A stretch of DNA of 64,000 nt from assembly GCA_041665885.1 (NCBI GenBank), contig JBAYHY010000003.1, positions 4,529 through 68,528 of the forward strand, given 5' to 3'. This document shows positions 56,146 to 64,000 of the stretch, in pieces. How positions within the stretch are numbered: the first letter of the stretch is position 1; each line of letters begins with the position of its first letter. The stretch comes from Minisyncoccota bacterium. Its GTDB lineage: Bacteria > Patescibacteriota > Minisyncoccia > Phycocordibacterales > UBA9973. The notes beneath the pieces were generated by a model that did no database searches, was not told where the DNA came from, and saw only the letters and a program-made list of their open reading frames with translations. The translations under genes were made by a program, and so were the position numbers.

Positions 56146-58065
56146 ATGGATTTTAATTTTCTTAATCAAAAAGACCCACCAGGGAAGGGCAAAAAGGCTC
56201 CGAAAAAGACAAATTTCGGGATGAATATTGCCGCTACCATAATTTTCTTCGTATTTATTACGGCGCTGTATTTAGTCGTGTCCGGTGACGGAAAAGTCAT
56301 CCCGGAGGTGGCGATTTCTGATTTAGCAAAAAGTGTTATCACCGGAGAGGTGAAGACGATAGTGGTGGAGGGTGACAATCTGACTATCACTTATCAGAAT
56401 GACGAGGTGAAGACAGCGAAGAAAGAAGTTGGCGCAGCTCTTTCCCAAACGCTTTTTAATTATGGAGTGACGGGTACGGAGTTGGCGAAGACGGAAATCC
56501 AAGTTAAAGAAGATACCGGCTTTATGTTTTGGCTTGTGAATATTTTACCATTCCTTTTACCGATAGTTTTTATTTTAATTTTCTTCTGGTATTTGTCGCG
56601 ACAAGTAAAAGGCGCAGGCATGCAGGCTTTCACCTTCGGCCAGTCTAAAGCGCGGATTACCGACCCGAACGACAAGAACAATCGTGTCACCTTCAAAGAC
56701 GTCGCAGGGTGTAAAGAGGCGAAAGAAGAGCTGAAGGAAATCGTGGATTTCCTCAAAAGCCCGAAAAAGTTTCTGGACATCGGGGCTAGAATTCCAAAAG
56801 GAGTGATGTTGACTGGGGCGCCAGGAACGGGGAAAACTCTGCTTGCCAGAGCAGTAGCAGGGGAGGCGGTTGTACCGTTTTTTCACTTATCCGGCTCGGA
56901 ATTCGTGGAAATGTTCGTTGGAGTAGGAGCTTCTAGGGTAAGAGATTTGTTCAAAATGGCTAAAAAGGCGGCTCCGGCCATTATATTTGTGGATGAAATA
57001 GACGCGATAGGGCGTACTCGGGGAGGTGGGTTCGGTGGCGGAAATGACGAAAGGGAACAAACCTTAAATCAAATTTTAGTAGAGATGGATGGTTTTGAGC
57101 CGAATGATAAGGTAATCGTGATGGCGGCAACAAACAGACCGGACGTACTCGATCCTGCGCTCATTCGTCCGGGACGTTTTGATAGAAAAGTAATTCTTGA
57201 TTTGCCGGACCGCGCAGACCGCGAAGAGATTTTGAAAATTCACGCAGTACGCAAACCACTCGCTGAAGATATCAATTTAAAGTTAGTGGCTGAACGTACT
57301 CCAGGTTTTTCTGGAGCAGATTTGTATTCTCTCATGAATGAAGGTGCGATCTTGGCGGCTAGGGAAAATCGCAAAAAAGTTTTTCAATTTGATTTAATCC
57401 GCGCGATTGAAAAAGTGATGTTGGGACCCGAGAGAAAAAGTCATTTGCTTTCTAAAAAAGAAAAAGAAATTACCGCATACCACGAAGCCGGACATGCCAT
57501 CGTCGCTTCTGTGCTTCCTTATGCCGATCCGGTGCACAAAGTTTCTATCATTGCGCGCGGAAATGCGGGTGGCTATACTTTGAAATTACCACTTGAAGAA
57601 AAACGTTTGCAGTCTAAAAAAGAATTCATCGATGACATCGCAATGTCGCTCGGCGGATATGTGGCGGAGAAAACTATTTTCGGTGATATCACGACAGGAC
57701 CATCGAGTGACCTACAGATGGCTACGAGTTTGGCGCGAGCAATGGTGACGAGGTGGGGAATGTCGGACGTAATCGGGCCGATTGCTCTTGTGGATTCCGG
57801 GGGCAGACCACAATTTGGAGAAATCTCGGAGAGAGAGTTTTCGGAAACTGTTTCTACGAAGGTGGACGCGGAAGTTTCCAGAATTATTAATGATGGATTG
57901 AAATCTGCAGAAAAAGTTTTGACGGAAAACAAGAAAGCGTTTGTGGCTATCGCCCAAAAATTGATAGAGGTAGAAACAATAGAGCAGGAAGATTATGAAA
58001 AAATATTGACAGCCCATGGTATTGTGTTAAAAAAGAAAGAAATTACTGCTCCAGTTGAAGTATAA
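56146..58065 (+). CDS. ftsH: ATP-dependent zinc metalloprotease FtsH
   Basis: Walker [24 protein letters not shown] zinc motif; start set at ATG 56146. Confidence 0.95.
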   Translation: MDFNFLNQKDPPGKGKKAPKKTNFGMNIAATIIFFVFITALYLVVSGDGKVIPEVAISDLAKSVITGEVKTIVVEGDNLTITYQNDEVKTAKKEVGAALSQTLFNYGVTGTELAKTEIQVKEDTGFMFWLVNILPFLLPIVFILIFFWYLSRQVKGAGMQAFTFGQSKARITDPNDKNNRVTFKDVAGCKEAKEELKEIVDFLKSPKKFLDIGARIPKGVMLTGAPGTGKTLLARAVAGEAVVPFFHLSGSEFVEMFVGVGASRVRDLFKMAKKAAPAIIFVDEIDAIGRTRGGGFGGGNDEREQTLNQILVEMDGFEPNDKVIVMAATNRPDVLDPALIRPGRFDRKVILDLPDRADREEILKIHAVRKPLAEDINLKLVAERTPGFSGADLYSLMNEGAILAARENRKKVFQFDLIRAIEKVMLGPERKSHLLSKKEKEITAYHEAGHAIVASVLPYADPVHKVSIIARGNAGGYTLKLPLEEKRLQSKKEFIDDIAMSLGGYVAEKTIFGDITTGPSSDLQMATSLARAMVTRWGMSDVIGPIALVDSGGRPQFGEISEREFSETVSTKVDAEVSRIINDGLKSAEKVLTENKKAFVAIAQKLIEVETIEQEDYEKILTAHGIVLKKKEITAPVEV

Positions 58066-58098
58066 TATGTATAATAGTTGATGTTTTTTTAACCACTT

Positions 58099-58172
58099 CC
58101 GTCCTTAGCTCAGCTGGTTAGAGCACAGAGCTTATACCTCTGGGGTCCTTGGTTCGAATCCAAGAGGACGGA
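58099..58172 (+). tRNA. tRNA-Ile (anticodon TAT)
   Basis: Acceptor CCGTCCT/AGGACGG, D-arm TAGCTCAGCTGGTTAGAGCA, anticodon stem CAGAG/CTCTG with loop CTTATAC, T-arm CTTGG-TTCGAAT-CCAAG, discriminator A. Confidence 0.8.
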
Positions 58173-58444
58173 CTTTTTTGAAAAACAAAACCGCAAGGTT
58201 TTGTTTTTTTGCTGTTTATTATATTAGAAATTGTATTTTTGGCTTCGTCAAGTTGATAATTTTTGAGAAAGCGTAGAAAGCGAGAAAAATTTTAATGGAA
58301 AAAAGCAAAGAAAACAACCACGAATCAAAAAATTTTTAAAATATGCCTTGTTTTATTTTTTTTATGTTGCTTAACGTATTTTTCCCGCCAAATTAACAAA
58401 AAATACTTTACTCGGAAAAATAATTTCGTGTATAATAAAGCCCC

Positions 58445-58993
58445 ATGAACACGAACGAAAAAAATTACTTCAAAGTTGCTCTAGTTTTTGTTTTATGTAT
58501 GGTGGCCCGGCTTCTCCCGTTTCGGGCACCAAACATCGAGCCAATTTTGGCGACAACAATGCCTCTCGGCAAAGTATACGGAAGGTTTATAGGTTTTTTT
58601 TTCGCCCTGTTTAGCATTTTGCTCTATGATGTATTAACCGGGACGCTTGGGCTACAAACATTTTTTACGGCGGGGGCTTATGGGATAATCGCACTTTGGT
58701 CTGTAAGTTATTTTGAAAAACATGAGGCTAATAAATGGGGTTATGTCCGCTTTGCAATTTTTGGAACTCTATTTTTTGACGCCGTTACCGGGCTTTCGGT
58801 CGGCCCGATTTTTTTTCATCAATCCTTGATAAATACTTTTGTGGGGCAAGTTCCATTCACCGCTCTTCATTTGGTGGGTAACGTGACTCTTGCCTTCCTT
58901 TTATCTCCAACGATTTATTATTTTATGATTAAAAAGAAGAAAAAAAAGAAAAACTTACTTCACATTAACACTCTTAATCATAAAATAATATAA
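58445..58993 (+). CDS. small 5-6 TM membrane protein (possible substrate-capture component)
   Basis: Hydrophobicity pattern; sits immediately upstream of nrdJ. Confidence 0.5.
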   Translation: MNTNEKNYFKVALVFVLCMVARLLPFRAPNIEPILATTMPLGKVYGRFIGFFFALFSILLYDVLTGTLGLQTFFTAGAYGIIALWSVSYFEKHEANKWGYVRFAIFGTLFFDAVTGLSVGPIFFHQSLINTFVGQVPFTALHLVGNVTLAFLLSPTIYYFMIKKKKKKKNLLHINTLNHKII

Positions 58994-58997
58994 GGTC

Positions 58998-61292
58998 ATG
59001 AAAAAAACAAAAGAAATTTTAAAAAAAGAATTAGCAAAAATAAAATCAATCAGAAGAAGAACTGGGGAAGTCATTCCTTTTGATTTGGAAAGAATTGCAC
59101 GCGCAGTTTTTAAGGCTTTTGAAATCACGAAGGAGGGAGGGGAGCTCGAGGCGCAGGAAGTGGCAAAAAATGTCTTTCGAAATCTTTTAAAATTTCAAGC
59201 GGAATTGTTGAGCGGACGTAAGGGAGTTAAGTTTTTGCCGACAGTAGAAATGATTCAAGATTTTGTGGAAAAAGAATTGATGACCGCCGGTTTTACCAAC
59301 ACTGCGAAGGAATATATTCTTTATCGCAACAAGCGTTCGGAATTACGAGCGAACTTCGGGCCGATCCCGGAAGCGGTGAAAAAGTCAGTAGAAGAATCCA
59401 GTAAATATTTTTCCAGTTCATATTCGGAATATATTTTCTACCAGATGTATTCACGCTGGGTTCCGGAACTTGGCCGTCGTGAGACCTGGGTAGAAACGAT
59501 AGATCGCTACATGGCTTTTATGAAAGAAAATATGGGGGATAAGTTGACTAAGAGGGAGTACGAAGACGTAAAACAAGCAATCTTAAACCAAGATATTTGT
59601 CCGTCCATGAGGCTTCTCTGGGCCGCGGGCAAGGCTGCCAGGCAGTCAAATGTTTGGGCATATAATTGTTCCTACGTTGCTCCCACCACCACCCAGGACT
59701 TGGGAGAAATAATGTATATCCTTATGTGCGGGGCGGGGCTTGGTTTTGCTGTAGAATGGGAAAATGTTCAACAATTTCCTCAAATCAAGAAACAGGGGAA
59801 AGAAAAGCCGACTATTCACGTTATTGAGGATAGTAAAGAAGGATGGGCGGATGCTTATGTTTTAGGGTTGAACTACTGGTTTGATGGTAAGGACGTAAAA
59901 TTTGATTATTCAAAAATTAGACCGGCTGGAGCTCGTTTGGAAACGGCGGGAGGAAAAGCTTCCGGTCCGCAGCCACTCATAGATTTGATAGAGTTTTCTA
60001 GACGTAAAATTTTATCCAAACAGGGTCGTCGCCTTTCGAATTTGGATATGCACGACATTATTTGCCAAATCGGGATGATCGTAGTGGCCGGTGGGGTGAG
60101 GAGGAGTGCGCTTATTTCTCTCTCTGAACTTGAGGATGCGGAAATGCGCGATGCAAAAAAGGGACAATTTTATTTGACGGAGGGTCAGCGTTCCATGGCA
60201 AACAATTCAGCTGTGTATAATGTAAAACCATCAGCGGAAGAATTTTTGGATGAATGGACAGCCTTGGTGAAATCAAAATCAGGAGAACGCGGTATTTTTA
60301 ATCGCGGAGGATTGGAAAAACAATTGCCGGCTCGTCGCTGGGAAAAAATCAAAGATGAAAGACAGATCGGTTTAAATCCATGCGGAGAGATTTATTTGCG
60401 CTCCAGACAATTTTGTAATTTAACCAGTATCGTTATCCGTCCGAAGGATACGACAGCGACCCTGAAAAGGAAAATGGAATTGGCCACTCTTCTCGGAACC
60501 TATCAATCAACCCTGACTAATTTCGGTTATCTTTCAAAAAAATGGAAAGATAATTGTGAGGAAGAAAGGCTGCTCGGAGTTTCCTTGACCGGGTATTACG
60601 ACAATACAGTTATTCGAAACGATAAAGTTTTGGACACCTTGAGACTAGACGCAATCGAAACAAACAAAAAGTATGCGAAACGTTTCAATATCAATCCATC
60701 GACTGCGATTACTTGCGTAAAGCCACACGGCAATTCCGGGCAACTTCTCGGAGTGGGCTCAGGAATGCATCCTTGGTATGCGCCATATTTTATTCGCAGA
60801 GTACGAATTTCTCACACAGACACTCTGTTGCAAATGGCTAAAGACCAGGGAGTACCTTGTCTTCCGGAAGTGGGCCAGTCCGCCGAAACAGCAACTACTT
60901 TTGTTTTGGAATTTCCGGTTAAGGCGCCTGAAGGTGCGGTCTTTAAAGATGAAGTTTCTGCCCTAGATCTGATTAAAGAATGGAAGAGATTGAAGGAACA
61001 TTTTGTGGAGCACAATCCATCTGCTACGATTTATGTTGGTCCGGAGGAATGGCTAGCTGTTGGTAATTTCGTATATGAAAATTGGGATTGGATAGGAGGT
61101 CTTTCCTTCTTGCCGCGCTCCGAACACGTTTACCAACTGGCTCCGTATGAAACAATCACCAAAGAGGAATATGAAAGGCGAGTAAAAGCCATAGGTAAAA
61201 TTGATTTCTCCAAACTTTCTCAGTATGAAACCGTAGACAACACCATCGGGGCAAAGGAATTTGCTTGTGTTTCCGGGGTTTGTGAAATCTAA
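58998..61292 (+). CDS. nrdJ: class II adenosylcobalamin-dependent ribonucleotide reductase (with N-terminal ATP-cone)
   Basis: ATP-cone (RRRTGEVIPFDLERIARAV), active-site NPCGEI, class II architecture. Confidence 0.85.
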   Translation: MKKTKEILKKELAKIKSIRRRTGEVIPFDLERIARAVFKAFEITKEGGELEAQEVAKNVFRNLLKFQAELLSGRKGVKFLPTVEMIQDFVEKELMTAGFTNTAKEYILYRNKRSELRANFGPIPEAVKKSVEESSKYFSSSYSEYIFYQMYSRWVPELGRRETWVETIDRYMAFMKENMGDKLTKREYEDVKQAILNQDICPSMRLLWAAGKAARQSNVWAYNCSYVAPTTTQDLGEIMYILMCGAGLGFAVEWENVQQFPQIKKQGKEKPTIHVIEDSKEGWADAYVLGLNYWFDGKDVKFDYSKIRPAGARLETAGGKASGPQPLIDLIEFSRRKILSKQGRRLSNLDMHDIICQIGMIVVAGGVRRSALISLSELEDAEMRDAKKGQFYLTEGQRSMANNSAVYNVKPSAEEFLDEWTALVKSKSGERGIFNRGGLEKQLPARRWEKIKDERQIGLNPCGEIYLRSRQFCNLTSIVIRPKDTTATLKRKMELATLLGTYQSTLTNFGYLSKKWKDNCEEERLLGVSLTGYYDNTVIRNDKVLDTLRLDAIETNKKYAKRFNINPSTAITCVKPHGNSGQLLGVGSGMHPWYAPYFIRRVRISHTDTLLQMAKDQGVPCLPEVGQSAETATTFVLEFPVKAPEGAVFKDEVSALDLIKEWKRLKEHFVEHNPSATIYVGPEEWLAVGNFVYENWDWIGGLSFLPRSEHVYQLAPYETITKEEYERRVKAIGKIDFSKLSQYETVDNTIGAKEFACVSGVCEI

Positions 61293-61434
61293 ATATAAAA
61301 ATTATAAATATAAACTTTTTTCCGGTACGGATTTTTTGAAGGTTAAAAAATCCTGAAGTTTGCTCGCCGCCGCTTGCAAAACCCCTGCAAAAAGTTATAT
61401 TTACAATTTTTATAAATCAGAATAATATAAAGAT

Positions 61435-61992
61435 ATGCTTTATACCAGGAAGGGGGACAATGGTACTACTAAAACTTTTGGATGCGACCAGCGCATTTCC
61501 AAGAGTTCCCTGGTTGCCGAGGCTCTGGGGGCGCTCGATGAGAGCAACTCTTTTTTGGGTTTGGTTCGAGCTAAAGCACTCGGAAAAAGTTTTAAAATTG
61601 GAAGGAAGAATGTAAAATTTTCCGAGCTTATTTTGGAAATACAACAGAATTTATTTATTGTTCAGGCTGAGGTCGCCGGGGCTACCTTGTTTATTGCTTC
61701 GGAAAAAGTAAGTGAAATAGAAAAAATCGTAGATGAAATCGAAAAAGTATTACCTCCAATAAAAAGTTTTTTTATTAGTGGAGCAACGGAACTTTCTGCC
61801 ACTTTTGATTTTGCACGAACTTTGGCGAGGAGAGCAGAAAGGCGAGTGGTAGAAGCCAAAGAAGAAGGGAAAATCACCGTAAGCGACGGCACTCTCGCTT
61901 ATTTGAATCGTCTTTCAAGTTTACTTTATGCTCTGGCCAGGATATCCAATCATTTAGAAAAAGCCAAAGAGGTAAAACCGAACTACAAATAG
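61435..61992 (+). CDS. PduO-type ATP:cob(I)alamin adenosyltransferase
   Basis: N-terminal YTRKGDNGTT ... EALGALDESNSFLGL signature of PduO/MMAB-type corrinoid adenosyltransferases. Confidence 0.85.
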   Translation: MLYTRKGDNGTTKTFGCDQRISKSSLVAEALGALDESNSFLGLVRAKALGKSFKIGRKNVKFSELILEIQQNLFIVQAEVAGATLFIASEKVSEIEKIVDEIEKVLPPIKSFFISGATELSATFDFARTLARRAERRVVEAKEEGKITVSDGTLAYLNRLSSLLYALARISNHLEKAKEVKPNYK

Positions 61993-61994
61993 TT

Positions 61995-64000
61995 TTATTC
62001 AAAGTGGAATTCAGATGTTTTTTGTTTTACTTTTTGTTTTAAAAATGGATATTTTGTGAGTTCCGGGTCTTCTTCGATGAGGCGAATGGCTTCGGTGCGA
62101 GCAGCTTCCACCATTTTGATATTTTTTATGGCTTCCATGCCGAGATCGGTAATACCCCATTGCTTCGTGCCGCCGAGCTCGCCGGCCCCGCGGAGAGTGA
62201 GGTCTAGCTCTGCTAATTCAAAACCATTTTTGGCTGTCTTGAGAGCTTTGAGTCGAGAAATAGTTTTTTCACTTTTGGCTTCGGCAAAAATGTAGCAATA
62301 CGCCTGGTGGGTGCTTCGGATTATTCGGCCACGAAGCTGGTGTAGTTGGGCTAGCCCGAATCTTTCGGCACCCTCAATGATGATGACGGTGGCATTCGGA
62401 ATATTTACTCCGACTTCCACTACCGAGGTGGCGCACAAAATATTTATTTTATTAGCCACAAAATCTGCCATCACTTTTTCTTTTTTTTCTTTGCTCATTT
62501 TGGAATGCAATACTCCTATTTCGTATTCAGGAAAAACTTCTTTTTTCAGACGTTTTGCTTCTGCCACCGCGGATTTAACATTTAAAGCCAGTTCTTTTTC
62601 TGGGTCTGGCTCGTTTATTCTGGGACAAATAACATAAAGCTGTCTGCCGTTTTTTAGTTCTCCTCTTATTTGTTCATAAGTTTTTCCGCGTTTATTAGGT
62701 GTGATAATTTCGGTGATTATTTGTTTGCGTCCGAGGGGCATTTCATCCAATAGAGATAAATCTAAATCCCCGTATATAGTAAGCGCGAGGGTGCGGGGGA
62801 TAGGGGTAGCCGTCATTGAGAGTAGGTGGGGGGCCACGCCGTCTTTGCGAACGAGTTTTCTCCGTTGAGATGTGCCGAAACGGTGTTGCTCGTCAATAAT
62901 GGCCAGGGCCAAGTTTTTAAACTTTACCGTTTTTTGAATTAGGGCGTGAGTCCCGATGAGAATTGGAATTTCTCCATTGGCTACCCATTTCAAAAGTTGA
63001 GCGCGAGAGATGGTGGTCCAGCTTGCCCCGCCACCGGCGGGGCCGATTGTTTTTGCCGGGAATTTACGACAACCTGAGCCCGTAATGAGTCCCACATTGA
63101 TGGGTAAATGTTTAAAATATTGGATAAAGGATTCAAAATGCTGGGTTGCTAAAATTTCTGTGGGTGCCATGTAGGCTACTTGCAAATTACCGAAATTTTG
63201 TCCATTGGGCCGTTGATTAATTGTCGCATAGGCAGCGGTAGCCGCTACGGCTGTTTTGCCGGAGCCCACATCACCTTCAAGTAATCGTGACATCGGAAAG
63301 TTTTTCGTTAGGTCTTCCAGGATTGTCTCGGTAGATTTTTTTTGCGAATTAGTTAATGAAAAAGGAAAACGTTTCAAAAAATCTTCCACGATTTGTTTGC
63401 TCGTTTTTATTTGAAAAGATTTATTTTTTCTATATTCAAATTTATCATGCTGGCGTTCAAGTTGAATACAAAAAACTTCTTCAAAAGCGAATCTTTTTCT
63501 GGCAGATTCCGCGTCGTCTTTGTTTTTTGGTTTGTGAATCCACACAAGTGCGGTCTTTAGGGTGGGCAGATGATATTTTTTTAGAATATCGTTCGGGATG
63601 TAATCCTCCATCTCGCCCAGGGTGCGGTCCTTGAATATTTTTTCTATTGCATGATAAAACCATTTTGAAGTAATCCCTCGAGTTTCGATATAAATCGGAT
63701 AGGAAAAACCGGCATTGGATATATTTTCTCCGGAAAAAAGAGTATCGTGTTTATCTATCGGCATGTTTGGCATTTTTTCAAATTCTGGGTTGGCTAAATA
63801 AATTTCATTTTTCCCTGCCGTCACTTTTCCCGTCAGTTTCACGTTTTCGCCATTTTTAATCATCTTGGCGAGGTATGCTTGATTAAACCAAGTGATTTTT
63901 ATTTTCCCCGACAAATCTTCAATTTCACCCTCAGCCATAGGAATTTTTGTATGGAAGGATTTTTTTGTTTTTAGTTTTGAAACTTTTCCATAGACTGTCG
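61995..64000 (-). CDS. recG: ATP-dependent DNA helicase RecG (N-terminus beyond window end)
   Basis: Walker A LLEGDVGSGKTAVA, DEQH box (IIDEQHRFG), TRG motif region. Confidence 0.85.
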   Translation of the reverse strand, partial: TVYGKVSKLKTKKSFHTKIPMAEGEIEDLSGKIKITWFNQAYLAKMIKNGENVKLTGKVTAGKNEIYLANPEFEKMPNMPIDKHDTLFSGENISNAGFSYPIYIETRGITSKWFYHAIEKIFKDRTLGEMEDYIPNDILKKYHLPTLKTALVWIHKPKNKDDAESARKRFAFEEVFCIQLERQHDKFEYRKNKSFQIKTSKQIVEDFLKRFPFSLTNSQKKSTETILEDLTKNFPMSRLLEGDVGSGKTAVAATAAYATINQRPNGQNFGNLQVAYMAPTEILATQHFESFIQYFKHLPINVGLITGSGCRKFPAKTIGPAGGGASWTTISRAQLLKWVANGEIPILIGTHALIQKTVKFKNLALAIIDEQHRFGTSQRRKLVRKDGVAPHLLSMTATPIPRTLALTIYGDLDLSLLDEMPLGRKQIITEIITPNKRGKTYEQIRGELKNGRQLYVICPRINEPDPEKELALNVKSAVAEAKRLKKEVFPEYEIGVLHSKMSKEKKEKVMADFVANKINILCATSVVEVGVNIPNATVIIIEGAERFGLAQLHQLRGRIIRSTHQAYCYIFAEAKSEKTISRLKALKTAKNGFELAELDLTLRGAGELGGTKQWGITDLGMEAIKNIKMVEAARTEAIRLIEEDPELTKYPFLKQKVKQKTSEFHFE

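Overview
This is a low-GC, gene-dense bacterial window. Many small hypothetical proteins, no L30 between S5 and L15, and no L1 after L11 suggest a CPR/Parcubacteria-like organism; that is an inference.

Core content:
- str operon: rpsL-rpsG-[inserted cassette]-fusA-tuf.
- A long S10/spc ribosomal cluster (rpsJ to rplO), followed by secY, adk and map.
- A thymidylate-synthesis island: dCMP deaminase, thyA, folA.
- smpB plus tmRNA, ftsH, and a class II (adenosylcobalamin-dependent) RNR next to a PduO-type adenosyltransferase.
- rplT-rpmI-infC, recG, and four tRNAs: Arg-TCT, Val-TAC, His-GTG, Ile-TAT.

The stand-out feature is a complete diversity-generating retroelement (DGR) between rplE and rpsZ in the spc operon:
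- a GC-rich 202-aa target gene (37048..37656) whose C-terminal codons form the variable repeat VR (37527..37651);
- a 125-nt template repeat TR (37989..38113) that differs from VR at 15 positions, every one an adenine in TR;
- an Avd-like accessory gene on the minus strand;
- a DGR-type reverse transcriptase (YADD box, GxxxSQ motif).

A second, diverged paralog of the target gene lies at 20519..21265. Both paralogs are preceded by the same promoter-plus-hairpin leader (~80 nt), with a compensatory base change in the stem, which suggests a conserved structured 5' UTR.

Other oddities:
- accessory cassettes inserted into two other highly expressed ribosomal operons: a Cas2/VapD-like gene flanked by palindromes in str, and two GC-rich micro-ORFs in S10;
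- degenerate tandem copies of the tRNA-Val 5' end;
- a tRNA-like GC-rich element after rplS;
- a 13-G homopolymer between avd and the RT.
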